From positions 1 to 61,097 of the forward strand of contig JBJOER010000018.1 in NCBI GenBank assembly GCA_046049215.1: DNA of 61,097 nucleotides. The letters are read 5' to 3'. Source of the stretch: Bacteroidota bacterium. Its GTDB lineage: Bacteria; Bacteroidota; Bacteroidia; AKYH767-A; OLB10. Both the position numbers and the translations under genes were made by a program. The notes beneath the pieces were generated by a model that was not told the origin of the DNA, made no database searches, and worked only from the letters and a program-made list of their open reading frames with translations. Below are positions 1 through 9,412 of this stretch, piece after piece. How positions within the stretch are numbered: the first letter of the stretch is position 1; each line of letters starts with the position of its first letter.

Positions 1-3000
1 CGACCACGGCGAGTGCAGCGGTGAGCAACATCGGTGGTCCGGTAGCGAGCGTACAGAGCACGGGCAACGTGACGTGTAACGGTGGTAACAACGGCACTGC
101 GACGGTGAGTGTGAGCAGTGGCACGGGCCCGTTCAACTACAGCTGGTCGCCCACGGGCGGGAGCCAGGCGACGGCGACGGGACTTACAGCAGGAAGTTAC
201 ACGGTGAACATCACCGATGCGAACGGCTGCGCGACCGGACTCACCATCACCATCACGGAACCCGCAGCTATCGTACTTGCTTTTTCATCTTCACCTGCTA
301 CTTGTGGAACATCCAATGGGAGCGCATCAGTACAGGCCAGCGGCGGATCTGGATCGTATAGCTACTCATGGAATAGCGGTTCAACGACATTCAACACCAA
401 CGGCCTGGCGGTCGGCAACTATACAGTCATCGTCACCGATGCCTCAGGATGCACCAACAGCGGCACTGTGTCAGTCATCTCCCCATCTACGCTCGTACTT
501 CAAACCACAGTGAATGATGTCGCTTGTAACGGGGGCAACAATGGTTCTGCAACAGCTTCGGTCAGCGGAGGATCTGCCCCCTACTCTTACAACTGGAGTT
601 CCGGGACAGCAACCGCTCAAGCCAATAATCTTTCAGCAGGAACGTATACGGTGACGGTAACAGATGCCGATGGATGTTCATCGCAACAGCAGGCTGTGAT
701 TTTAGAACCTGCTGCGTTGACTGTTCAAACAACAACCTCAGATGCCAATTGCAATGCAGCAAACGGAGCTATTCAATCATTCGTGGCCGGAGGTATTTCG
801 CCTTACACCTATGCTTGGAGTAATAGTGGAACTGCTGTAGGTATCAATGGACTTGCTGCAGGTAGTTATACATTGACCGTTACAGACGCTAACGGTTGTA
901 CGTCATTTGCAAATTCTACGGTCGGCACACTTCCCGGTCCCGCTATCTCTTCCTTGCAAACCGGAAACTCCGCTTGTGCCGGCTCAACAGGTGGAACGGC
1001 CCTCGTTCAAGCTCAGAATGGGGTAGGACCTTATACATACATCTGGTCTAACGGTGCAACAACCGCATTGATCACCGGACTCCTGGCAGGCAACTATACG
1101 GTGACGGTGACTGATATCTTCGGATGCAGTGCCACACAAACAGGAACAGTCTCGCAACCACAAGCCATGGTATTGAATCCGGTGGTTGTTCAGAACGTCC
1201 TCTGTTTTGGAGGAAATGACGGGCAGGCAACGGCTAGTGTTTCCGGAGGTGCTCCACCGTTCACCTATGCATGGTCCAACGGATCTGTTTCGGATACTGT
1301 CGTTTCGCTCACTGCAGGAACCTATACGGTTACCGTGACCGACTTTAACGGATGTACGGAGTTCAGGCAGGTCACCCTAGTAGAACCACCCGCATTGACT
1401 TTTACTTTACAACAGTCTACCGGGACTTCTTGCTTTGGAACTTCAGATGGGTCTGCTTCCTTTTCCACCGGAGGAGGTACAGCGCCCTATGCTTATTCCT
1501 GGTCGAACGGACTCACCTCGTCTTCATCCATTGCTTTGGCAGCCGGTAGCTACACCGTTACATTATCCGATGCCAACGGGTGCACCTCACAGCAGTCCTT
1601 TGTCATAAGCGAACCTTCGCAGATACAGATCAGTATGGCTGGTGTAGTCAATGTGTCGTGTTATGGAGGCTCCAACGGGTCGGCAACCGCACAGGTGACC
1701 GGCGGAAGTTCGCCTTACACCTATTTGTGGTCTAACAACACCACATTGCAGACAGCGACAGGATTGTCAGCCGGCTCTTATTCGGTTGTGGTTACAGACG
1801 GCAATGGCTGTACAGCTTCTCAACCTGTGGGACTCAGTCAGCCTTCTCCAATCAACCTTATTGTCAATTCGGCTCCGACCGCCTGTTATGGGGATAATGA
1901 CGGGACTGCAACTGTATCTGCCGTCGGCGGAACAGCACCTTACAGCTACTTGTGGAATACCGGTGTGATCACCGCATCGGTCACAGGCCTTTATGCAGGA
2001 ACATACACAGTCGTAGTAACCGATGCTGTGAATTGCACTTCATCCGCGTCTGCCATTGTCACCCAGCCGGCTGCCATGACAGTGGTCGCCGTTACACCGG
2101 ATACACTTTGCATCGGACAATCAGCATCCTTAAGTGTGAATATCCAGGGAGGTATAGCCAATTATTCATACTTGTGGAGCAACGGTGCCACCACGCCTTC
2201 ATTAACCATCAGCCCCTCTGCGACCACCAACTACTCGGTTACAATCACAGATGCCAACGGGTGTAGCGCCAATTCTGGAGCAATTGCCCAACCCGTCTAT
2301 CCGGCATTGGCTCTGCAGCTCACGATCAGTGATGACACCCTCTGTCTGGGTGAATCAGCGGTTTTGGCCGCACTCGCATCCGGAGGTAACGGAGGGCCGT
2401 ATACGTACAACTGGATTTCGGGGGGGCAGACCGGTTCCGGATCCACCATTACACCCAATGCAACTACATTCTATCAGGTCACGGTCAGTGACGGATGTTC
2501 TCCAAATCCTGCTCCTGCACAGCAGTTGGTGGTGGTGAATCCATTGCCACAACCCGACTTCACTCCTCCTAATGCCGAGGGATGTGTTCCGGTCAGTGTA
2601 CAATTCAGTGCTTCAACTGTTGCAGGCTACGCGTATTCCTGGAATTTCGGTGACAACACCAATGGCACGGGATCATCCCCTGCCCACGTGTATTTTGATG
2701 ACGGAACCTACGATGTCACGCTTTCGGTAACAGATGCGAATGGATGTAGCAACTCCATCACCAAGATCGGACTTGTCAAGGCCTACCCCTTGCCCGTGGC
2801 ATTCTTCACCAGCGACCCTCAGGAACTCACTTTGCTCGACCCCGATGTGTATTTCAGCAATGGCAGTACGGGTGCAGTCAGTGCACGCTGGGATTTCGGT
2901 GATGGTTCGCCCGTATCTACTGATTGGTCGCCCTACCATGCTTATTCCGATACCGGACTTTATACGATTGAACTCATTGCAACCAGCAGCCAAGGGTGTG

Positions 3001-3317
3001 TCGACACTTTCTACAACAAGGTGAAAGTGAAGGGCGATTTCTCATTCTGGATTCCGAATGCATTCACACCCAATAACGACCTTGACAATGAGTATTTCAC
3101 GGGTTACGGAATTGGTATTGAACGTGCCGAGTTCTTCGTATACGACCGATGGGGCAACATGGTATTCATGACCGATGACCTGGCCCGCGGTTGGGATGGA
3201 ACTTATTTCAACAAGGGGGATCAATGCCCCGAAGCGGTATATGTTTATCTCTTCCGTGTGTATAACGGTGAACCATCACCGAGGGAATACACGGGAAGGG
3301 TGTCCCTGGTCAGGTAA
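1..3317 (+). CDS. SprB-repeat / PKD-domain cell-surface protein with type-B T9SS (gliding-motility CHU_C-type) C-terminal sorting domain; 5' end truncated by the window
   Basis: Frame 3 is open from nt 3, with no stop before the GTG at 21, so the N-terminus lies outside the window. The protein has nine ~75-aa repeats with the C-x-G-G-x-[ND]-G...PY[ST]Y-W-S...Y-T-V-T-V-T-D-x-x-G-C signature (SprB repeat). These are followed by two more Cys-framed Ig-like repeats and two PKD-like units (WNFGDNTNG.., WDFGDGSPV..). The terminal FWIPNAFTPNNDLDNEYF..YDRWGNMVF..GWDG..VYVYLFRV..GRVSLVR matches the gliding-motility-associated C-terminal domain. Confidence 0.85.
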   Translation, partial: TTASAAVSNIGGPVASVQSTGNVTCNGGNNGTATVSVSSGTGPFNYSWSPTGGSQATATGLTAGSYTVNITDANGCATGLTITITEPAAIVLAFSSSPATCGTSNGSASVQASGGSGSYSYSWNSGSTTFNTNGLAVGNYTVIVTDASGCTNSGTVSVISPSTLVLQTTVNDVACNGGNNGSATASVSGGSAPYSYNWSSGTATAQANNLSAGTYTVTVTDADGCSSQQQAVILEPAALTVQTTTSDANCNAANGAIQSFVAGGISPYTYAWSNSGTAVGINGLAAGSYTLTVTDANGCTSFANSTVGTLPGPAISSLQTGNSACAGSTGGTALVQAQNGVGPYTYIWSNGATTALITGLLAGNYTVTVTDIFGCSATQTGTVSQPQAMVLNPVVVQNVLCFGGNDGQATASVSGGAPPFTYAWSNGSVSDTVVSLTAGTYTVTVTDFNGCTEFRQVTLVEPPALTFTLQQSTGTSCFGTSDGSASFSTGGGTAPYAYSWSNGLTSSSSIALAAGSYTVTLSDANGCTSQQSFVISEPSQIQISMAGVVNVSCYGGSNGSATAQVTGGSSPYTYLWSNNTTLQTATGLSAGSYSVVVTDGNGCTASQPVGLSQPSPINLIVNSAPTACYGDNDGTATVSAVGGTAPYSYLWNTGVITASVTGLYAGTYTVVVTDAVNCTSSASAIVTQPAAMTVVAVTPDTLCIGQSASLSVNIQGGIANYSYLWSNGATTPSLTISPSATTNYSVTITDANGCSANSGAIAQPVYPALALQLTISDDTLCLGESAVLAALASGGNGGPYTYNWISGGQTGSGSTITPNATTFYQVTVSDGCSPNPAPAQQLVVVNPLPQPDFTPPNAEGCVPVSVQFSASTVAGYAYSWNFGDNTNGTGSSPAHVYFDDGTYDVTLSVTDANGCSNSITKIGLVKAYPLPVAFFTSDPQELTLLDPDVYFSNGSTGAVSARWDFGDGSPVSTDWSPYHAYSDTGLYTIELIATSSQGCVDTFYNKVKVKGDFSFWIPNAFTPNNDLDNEYFTGYGIGIERAEFFVYDRWGNMVFMTDDLARGWDGTYFNKGDQCPEAVYVYLFRVYNGEPSPREYTGRVSLVR
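75..2075 (+). repeat. Nine tandem ~222-228 bp (about 75 aa) SprB-type repeat units inside the adhesin CDS
   Basis: The repeat-initial Cys lies at aa 19, 95, 169, 245, ~320, ~395, ~470, ~547 and 622 of ORF 21..3317. Each unit carries the GG-x-x-PY-x-Y-x-WS and TVTVTDxxGC blocks. The repeats are diverged at the DNA level. Confidence 0.8.
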
Positions 3318-3342
3318 GTTGTCAGAACCACCAATTGGTTTT

Positions 3343-3375
3343 GCAAGGCCACCGTATGTAACACGGTGGCCTTGC
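3343..3375. terminator. Perfect 13-bp-stem hairpin between convergent genes (candidate bidirectional terminator)
   Basis: gcaaggccaccgt (3343-3355) pairs with acggtggccttgc (3363-3375) around a 7-nt loop. It sits between the adhesin stop (3317) and the TonB receptor stop (3388). There is no U-run. Confidence 0.5.
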
Positions 3376-3387
3376 CCGTTCAGCCGA

Positions 3388-5268
3388 TTATCGTACCGCT
3401 TCGGTTAAGTTCAGGAGCATTCCAAGCTGGAAAGACCTGCCCGGCATTGCTCTCCAGGCCATCACCTGGTATTCCTCTTCAAAAAGGTTTTTCACCGCGA
3501 ATGTCAGAGTCATTGGGGTCTTGCGGTTTTTGTTTCTCCAGCTTATAAGCAGGTCCGAAACGTGGTATGGAGGCAGGAAGTAACCATGGTCTTCTGTCGT
3601 GAACCTGTAACCGTTGTATTGAAATAGATATCGGATGCTGATATCGCGATGTTCAATCTCAAATACGCCTTTGTGAGCGAGTCTGGGGGTGTAGGGAAGT
3701 TGCCGGTTTGTCAGGTGTTCGAAAACGGGATCCGTATTGGTGATTACAGATGAGACCAGGGTGGGATTCCATGTTGCGGAGATTGTCCAGGCAGTTTTGG
3801 TCCAAGTGATATTCATCGAACTTTCCAGTCCCTTACTCACCAGGGAGTGCATGTTCATGGCGCGGTAATAGGCCTGATCATCCGGAAGCCAGGTAAGTGC
3901 ATCGGTCAGGCTGATGTAGAAAAGAGAGCTCCTGATGGACCATGCGATCTGTCCATATGCATCTTGTATGGTGAAACCGCTTGAGGCGCTCCAACCATTC
4001 TCAGGTCTGAGGTTGGGATTGCCACCGATGCTCCAATAAAGGTCGTTAAGTGTGGGTAGACGATAAACACGCGAGCCTTCACCATGAAAAGAAATTACAC
4101 GGTTCGGTTGCCAGTGAGTGTTAATTGAAGGAAGCAGAGGGAGTGTTTTTTCACCCGCAAAACCGTATCGTACTGCCAGTACCATTGTCAGATCCTTCTT
4201 TACCGTGACCGCCTTTCCTGTTAAATTCCATTGTTGTTGTTCCGTTTTTCCGGAATAGCCATCGCTCGTTGCATCGGCATGCTGAACCGCCATCTGACCC
4301 TCAAGGCGCACTGTGGGACGCAATCGGTAACTTCCCTCCACAGCTGCGATCGTATTCAAGCTCCTACTTAGGTCGTCCAGCCGAACAGAGGGATCGATGA
4401 ATCGGAGCCGTTCGCGGCTGAATCCGCCAAGCACGCGAATTTGGGAACGAGTACCGGTATGGTTCCACGATGTGATCCATCGAAGCGACCCGTCAGCTTG
4501 TTCCTGTGTGCTCGATCCGGAAAGCATGTGCGGAGGCAGGTCCCTTTCACTTTCCATGTACCAGATGTGCGACTCCAAGCGGTCGCTTTTTGTCCGGAGT
4601 ACAAAGTCATGGGTGAACCCCAGCTGGCTCATATCTGCGTGAATTTGATTCATCCTTATCCCGTCGGGCGAGGTGTATGGGAAATCATTTCTGCTGCCTG
4701 AAGAGTAAAGGCGGGTCCTGTTTGAAATTCCTTTTTGGTTCATCTGAAGTTCAATTCCGGCCTGCCTCTCACCGAAACTGCCAACTGTAGTCAATAGGCC
4801 GATATGACAACCTTCCTGTTTGCTCTCCAGGTCTCCCAGGTGGACACAGCCGCTGATGGCACCACTGCCATTCAGTGGGGCTATTCCTCCATATTGTATA
4901 CTCATCCCCCCTGTCAGAAAAGTGGGTAGCAGGCTCAGGTCGGACAATCCGAGCATGGGTGAATTCATGGGAAGGTCGTACCACAATACCGGTGTGTGGA
5001 CAGCGCCAAGTCCTCTTATCGAAAGCGTGGAGATGTTGCCGGGTCCGTAATTACGGATGAAGATTCCCGGCTCTCTCGATAAGATTTCACCCGCTGTCCG
5101 CGCGGTAAGGAGGTTCGCGGTTGTAGTGTCCGTTCGTTGTTCATTTCCCGAAAGCGGGAATCGTATGGTTGAAACTTCCACTTCCGGCAAACGGTAGCTC
5201 AGGGTATCCTGAGCCATCACGGCCGAGGAGGACAAGACAATCAGGAAGAAGAGCCTGCGTGTGATCAT
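3388..5268 (-). CDS. TonB-dependent outer-membrane receptor, BtuB-like (predicted cobalamin/corrinoid uptake)
   Basis: The 626-aa product has a signal peptide (LIVLSSSAVMAQD) and a plug region (EVEVSTIR.., LSIRGLG.., PVLWYDLPMN). The rest is a beta-barrel ending in an aromatic-rich C-terminus. The small size is typical of BtuB-type receptors. The BtuB-like substrate call rests on the cobalamin riboswitch directly upstream. Confidence 0.85.
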   Translation of the reverse strand: MITRRLFFLIVLSSSAVMAQDTLSYRLPEVEVSTIRFPLSGNEQRTDTTTANLLTARTAGEILSREPGIFIRNYGPGNISTLSIRGLGAVHTPVLWYDLPMNSPMLGLSDLSLLPTFLTGGMSIQYGGIAPLNGSGAISGCVHLGDLESKQEGCHIGLLTTVGSFGERQAGIELQMNQKGISNRTRLYSSGSRNDFPYTSPDGIRMNQIHADMSQLGFTHDFVLRTKSDRLESHIWYMESERDLPPHMLSGSSTQEQADGSLRWITSWNHTGTRSQIRVLGGFSRERLRFIDPSVRLDDLSRSLNTIAAVEGSYRLRPTVRLEGQMAVQHADATSDGYSGKTEQQQWNLTGKAVTVKKDLTMVLAVRYGFAGEKTLPLLPSINTHWQPNRVISFHGEGSRVYRLPTLNDLYWSIGGNPNLRPENGWSASSGFTIQDAYGQIAWSIRSSLFYISLTDALTWLPDDQAYYRAMNMHSLVSKGLESSMNITWTKTAWTISATWNPTLVSSVITNTDPVFEHLTNRQLPYTPRLAHKGVFEIEHRDISIRYLFQYNGYRFTTEDHGYFLPPYHVSDLLISWRNKNRKTPMTLTFAVKNLFEEEYQVMAWRAMPGRSFQLGMLLNLTEAVR

Positions 5269-5354
5269 TGTAATGGCCGGAGAGGGAAAAGCACAGACCC
5301 ATCCTACACAGGATGAAGCAGGGCTTCCCGTCTTTTCTCCGAAGACAAGGAGTT

Positions 5355-5536
5355 AATTCGAGCGAGGCAGGTCTTCTGACTCACGGTAGGAGTCCGCCTC
5401 CTTCCCATCCGGTGCAACGGACAGTGGACATGGGGACTGTTCGGAAAGTATCCGAAACCGTTTACAGCAGCGGGAACTGTTGCCGGATTGCACGGCATTC
5501 CCTTTTCATCCCCCGCACAGGGGGAACCTTGCTCGT
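5355..5536 (-). promoter_or_regulatory. Cobalamin (B12) riboswitch in the 5' leader of the TonB-dependent receptor gene
   Basis: The minus-strand RNA reads ..AAAAGGGAAUGCCGUGCAAUCCGGCAACAGUUCCCGCUGCUGUAAAC.. (plus-strand 5461-5502). It continues ..CCACUG.. (5422-5427), ..GGGAAGGAG.. (5398-5406) and the B12-box-like AGUCAGAAGACCUGCC (5366-5381). The order and spacing match the conserved cobalamin aptamer core. The leader then runs ~95 nt further to the ATG at 5268. Confidence 0.8.
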
Positions 5537-5539
5537 GTT

Positions 5540-5547
5540 CAAATGTA
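5540..5547 (-). promoter_or_regulatory. Bacteroidota-type -7 promoter box (TACATTTG) for the riboswitch/receptor transcript
   Basis: Plus-strand CAAATGTA is TACATTTG on the minus strand, which matches TAnnTTTG. It lies immediately upstream of the start of the riboswitch-like sequence. Confidence 0.4.
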
Positions 5548-5604
5548 GGTCAAACAGAGGGCTGAGCCAACGTCCGCGGGGAGAAATTCACTTCCCTGAC
5601 CTGC

Positions 5605-6543
5605 ATGCATTACCTTCGTTGCATGCAAACCGCTTCGCTGCTCGAGGGAATCGTTTCGGGAGACAAAAGGCTCATCGCCCGCGCCATCACTCTGGTGGAA
5701 AACGACCTGCCGGGCGCCGAAGAATTGATGCAGGCCATGCCGGTGAAACATGATCTTCCCGTTTTCGGTGTCACAGGACCTCCCGGAGCGGGCAAGAGTA
5801 CGCTGATCAGCAGCATGATCCGGGAATTGTGCGCAAGCCCTCACGCCAATGGACATCCGAACAGGATTGCCGTTGTGGCGGTCGATCCCACATCACCCTT
5901 TACGCACGGCTCATTGCTGGGCGACAGGCTCCGCATGCAGGAGCACTTCAACCATCCTCAGGTATTCATCCGTTCGCTGGCTACGCGCGGAGCCCTCGGG
6001 GGGCTTTCCGCCCGAACCCTGGAGGTGTGTGACATCCTCCGAAGTGCCCCCTTCGACTACCTGTTCATTGAAACCGTTGGAGTGGGGCAAAGCGAAGTGG
6101 AGATCATTTCGCTTGCGGACACCGTCGCTGTCACGCTGGTGCCCGAGGCCGGCGACGAGATCCAGGCCTTGAAATCCGGAATCATGGAGATCGGTGACAT
6201 ATTTGTGGTCAATAAATCCGATCGGGAAGGGGCTGACCGCTTCGCAGCCGGAATCGTTAAAACGCTGCATGAACGGCCGATTCACGGCAGTTGGCAGATT
6301 CCAGTGATCAAGACGATGGCAGGAGAGCCATCCGGCATACATCAGCTGCTTCAGGCATTCCGGGACCATGCCGGACACCGTGATAGCGAGCGAAAGCTCC
6401 ATTTGATGGCACAGCGGGCATACCGCCTCATTCAGGATCAGCGCATGAAGGGAGTCAGCATTGTCGATCTTGAAAAACAACTCGCCCCTCTTGTCGGCAG
6501 CGAGGGATTCAATCTCTATCGATTCATCGGAGATTTCCGCTGA
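5605..6543 (+). CDS. meaB: Methylmalonyl-CoA mutase-associated GTPase MeaB (ArgK/LAO-AO kinase family G3E P-loop GTPase)
   Basis: LLEGIVSGDKRLIARAITLVEN is followed by the Walker A motif GVTGPPGAGKSTL. Further matches are VAVVAVDPTSPFTHGSLLGDR, FIETVGVGQSE and VVNKSDR (the NKxD motif). The true start may be the ATG at 5623 (MQTASLLEG). Confidence 0.9.
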   Translation: MHYLRCMQTASLLEGIVSGDKRLIARAITLVENDLPGAEELMQAMPVKHDLPVFGVTGPPGAGKSTLISSMIRELCASPHANGHPNRIAVVAVDPTSPFTHGSLLGDRLRMQEHFNHPQVFIRSLATRGALGGLSARTLEVCDILRSAPFDYLFIETVGVGQSEVEIISLADTVAVTLVPEAGDEIQALKSGIMEIGDIFVVNKSDREGADRFAAGIVKTLHERPIHGSWQIPVIKTMAGEPSGIHQLLQAFRDHAGHRDSERKLHLMAQRAYRLIQDQRMKGVSIVDLEKQLAPLVGSEGFNLYRFIGDFR

Positions 6544-6603
6544 ACAGAACCGAGGCTAAAACGCTTTCTGCGTTCACTTCAAACTCCAATTGGAAAGTGA
6601 AAC

Positions 6604-6999
6604 TTAGCGGTTCAGCACAGCATCGATATCGGGAACGAAATACAACTCACTTTTCATGATCTTGCCGTCTTCCCTGTAAATAGGGTTTCCTTCCGCATCG
6701 AGTTTGCTCATGTTGCTGCGGTGAATTTCTTCAAACACTTCAACAATCTTGTGCTGTAAGCCGTGGGCGATGATCGTGCCGCACAGGATGTAAAGCTTGT
6801 CACCTAACGCGTCTGCCACTTGCACAAGGTCGTTGTTCATCGCGGCTTCCAGGTATTCATCATTCTCCTCTGCCATGAGTCGGTGGCGGAGGGCGATGGT
6901 CTGCTCACCGATATCGGCCTTTGGGGTTTCGTGGAATCCCAATCCGAAGGTGTCATGGAAATTTTCAACGGATTTCAGAATGTGTTTGAAGTCGGACAT
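6604..6999 (-). CDS. MazG-like all-alpha nucleoside triphosphate pyrophosphohydrolase family protein
   Basis: The 131-aa product carries an EExxE...DxxD metal-binding pattern (RLMAEENDEYLEAAMNNDLVQVADALGDKLY). This is typical of small MazG/PRA-PH-like NTP pyrophosphatases. Confidence 0.7.
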   Translation of the reverse strand: MSDFKHILKSVENFHDTFGLGFHETPKADIGEQTIALRHRLMAEENDEYLEAAMNNDLVQVADALGDKLYILCGTIIAHGLQHKIVEVFEEIHRSNMSKLDAEGNPIYREDGKIMKSELYFVPDIDAVLNR

Positions 7000-7084
7000 C
7001 GGTTGAGATGATTACCTTACGAATGTACGAATCGACAGTCAATGTGAAACCGTTGGTGGTATCGGGGCTTAGGCATGGGAAAGA

Positions 7085-7636
7085 TCAGCGTAGCTGCATC
7101 TTCATCTTGATGCGCATCAGATCCTTACGAACATCAAGTACAAATTCCTCAGAAAACGAAAGGAGTATGGCCTGTGTGTATTGCTCCACGGCTTCCGACC
7201 ACCGCATCTCTTTCTCGTAAACCTGACCCATCAGGCGATGAATCCGGTCTTTTTCGATGCCTTTCACTTCCAGGGCACGATTCAGTACGGCCACCGTTTC
7301 AGTGTGCTTTTCCAACCGCATCAGGAGCTCAGCATAGTCAAGGTACAAAGGAGCATAGGTGGGGGAATTTCGCATGGCAAGTCGGAAGGATGATTCCGCA
7401 CCTTCCAGGTCCTCGAGATGTCGTAATTGCACATGTCCGAAAAGGGCAAGGGCTTTTCCATCTTCCGGGTCGATTCCAATCATCAGGTGCAACTCGGTCA
7501 GGCAATCGGCTATACGACCCTGTTGAAGGAGTTGTCTGATGTGAAGATGCTGTTGATCCCGGTTTGTTGACATGATTCGAAAGCCCAAGGCCCACCAGGC
7601 CGTATGTAAAAATCGGGTCGGATTTGCCTCGTCCAA
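7085..7636 (-). CDS. Hypothetical protein with TPR-like helical repeats
   Basis: The sequence shows helix-turn-helix-like repeats with small and hydrophobic residues at TPR-like spacing (ALALFGHVQL..AESSFRLAMRNSPTYAPLYLDYAELL..AVLNRALEV..). A more likely start is MSTNRDQQ at 7570. Confidence 0.55.
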   Translation of the reverse strand: MDEANPTRFLHTAWWALGFRIMSTNRDQQHLHIRQLLQQGRIADCLTELHLMIGIDPEDGKALALFGHVQLRHLEDLEGAESSFRLAMRNSPTYAPLYLDYAELLMRLEKHTETVAVLNRALEVKGIEKDRIHRLMGQVYEKEMRWSEAVEQYTQAILLSFSEEFVLDVRKDLMRIKMKMQLR

Positions 7637-7759
7637 TCCCGAAGGTGGTAAAAAGGCTTCAGATCAGGGTGAAAATCGCGATCGGGGAGGTGAATTGCCC
7701 CCGAGGATATCTTCGAGCCGGGGATGTAAGGCATTTAGTTCAGATGCATCCTCCGATCA

Positions 7760-9250
7760 TCAGGCCGGGCTAACGGATGCGCTATAGCCTGATTTCCAGG
7801 ATTCCACCAAGCAGCAAAGGAAAGCGAAGAAGGTTACCCCTGCCTGTGTCTCCAATGTATCCTCGGTCAGGAAAGAGCAGGCGACGATCATCAGGAATAC
7901 GACTTGCAACGGTTGTCTTTTTCGAAATCCACGGATCAGAAGGTAGGAAAGCATGATGAACAACCAGGCCATAGCACCAAGTCCATTGGCGACTCCCAAG
8001 CTCAAATATTGGTTGTGCGCCCTTAGCTGCCATTCAGGATCCAGTGTGCTTCCGATCCTGTCATAGGCTTCTGCGTAGGCTATGGGGAGGTCACCGGTAC
8101 CGACGCCTGTCCAGGGCTGATGTCGGATAAGATATAACGCTGCGCGCTGGTATTCGAGCCGCTGCGCCAAGGTATGTCCTTGTGCAAATCCGGTATAGTG
8201 GTAGGTACGGTATTCACGGGCAAGTTCCTTCACCCGTAGCAATACCCCCGTTTTGGCTTTCGCATGCAATGGGGTGGCATATCCTTGCTCGATTTCATGA
8301 ATTTGACTTGTTGTCAAAGCGTTCACACCCGCTGCATCCTTGCTATAGCCCAGGTAGGTCAAATAGCGCATCAGCGTGGCCAGTGGAAAACGACCCGATG
8401 AATCAGATTTCTCCAAAGGGATTTTACTGCGTAGCGTCCACGCCGAATCCAGCTCTTTCTCGCTGTATTCTGTCCATACGAAGCGACCATTCTCGATTTC
8501 GATCTGATCGATGTCATTGCGATAAGGAGATCCGAGCGCAGACGAGGTTTTTAGGGTCCGCGGATCGGGCTTTTCCGGTTTCAGTGAATCGATCGCTATG
8601 TAACGGACAAGCATCACCCCCGACATTCCTCCCGCCAGTACGATAAATAGCATCGAGATCCTGACGGTCGATTTATCACTACGAAGAACCTGGACTCCGG
8701 CACCTGCCAAAATGATGATGGCAAGGATCGTTAAACCGGTAAGGGATTGAAGCAGTACGAGATAAACCAGGAACCAAAGTATGATGACTATCCGCAACAC
8801 TCGCAGTCCCGTTCGGGGAATCCTCAACGGCACCAATACGATGGCAGCGATCGAGAATACCAACAACAGGCTTAGTCGGATATGAGAGATGAAGGGGCTC
8901 AACGACCTGAAATCATGAAGCGGCACTTCACCGATCAGCACACGCACGATTCCGATTGATGTGGCCGCCAGCACACCTGCGAGAAGTGTACGAAGGCAGA
9001 TGACCTTGAAACGGAGATCCATCCCCGGGCCCGCTACAAGCAAAAAGGGCAATAGTAGTATTGGCAATTTGATCCGAAGGTCGTGCAGGCCCCAATCCAC
9101 GTTGCTGGTATTCCAAAGCCCCACAAGCTGGATTAAATAAAGCGTAGCCGGAAAGATGAATACAGGATTTCTGATGGTCTGCAACGTCCTTGACCTTGGG
9201 TTAGCCGCCAAAAGCCAACCTCCTGCCATCAGGAATTGCCCCAGACTCAT
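7760..9250 (-). CDS. O-antigen ligase / Wzy_C-family polytopic membrane protein
   Basis: There are about 10-12 hydrophobic segments and a large hydrophilic loop. The characteristic block RAHNQYLSLGVANGLGAMAWLFIML is followed by further TM helices. Confidence 0.75.
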   Translation of the reverse strand: MSLGQFLMAGGWLLAANPRSRTLQTIRNPVFIFPATLYLIQLVGLWNTSNVDWGLHDLRIKLPILLLPFLLVAGPGMDLRFKVICLRTLLAGVLAATSIGIVRVLIGEVPLHDFRSLSPFISHIRLSLLLVFSIAAIVLVPLRIPRTGLRVLRIVIILWFLVYLVLLQSLTGLTILAIIILAGAGVQVLRSDKSTVRISMLFIVLAGGMSGVMLVRYIAIDSLKPEKPDPRTLKTSSALGSPYRNDIDQIEIENGRFVWTEYSEKELDSAWTLRSKIPLEKSDSSGRFPLATLMRYLTYLGYSKDAAGVNALTTSQIHEIEQGYATPLHAKAKTGVLLRVKELAREYRTYHYTGFAQGHTLAQRLEYQRAALYLIRHQPWTGVGTGDLPIAYAEAYDRIGSTLDPEWQLRAHNQYLSLGVANGLGAMAWLFIMLSYLLIRGFRKRQPLQVVFLMIVACSFLTEDTLETQAGVTFFAFLCCLVESWKSGYSASVSPA

Positions 9251-9412
9251 CCCGAAATTCGATAGGGGAAGCGAGAAAGCCGTCAGCAGGGCACCCGCCT
9301 GAAAGGCACGAGTTCCGAAGAGATGAATGGATGAACGCTCCAGGGGAATGGGTTCAAGGGTTAAGCCGGGGAAACGGATTCATGCGTACACTTAGTGCGC
9401 TTGTTGAAAAAT

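Noticed and set aside
3318-3342. A shared TCAGAACCA..(A)TGG motif downstream of two operon-final genes (3322-3340 and 22641-22657), considered as a possible repeated element.
   Set aside because: Only about 12 nt are shared, there are just two copies, and each is part of a short local AACC/GGTT hairpin. This is indistinguishable from chance.
9251-9375. In-frame open sequence upstream of the O-antigen-ligase-like ATG (…LEPIPLERSSIHLFGTRAFQAGALLTAFSLPLSNFG-M…) that looks like an additional TM helix.
   Set aside because: There is no ATG, GTG or TTG between the upstream in-frame stop and 9250, so I cannot support a longer CDS. It may reflect a rare start codon or chance. I kept the 9250 start.
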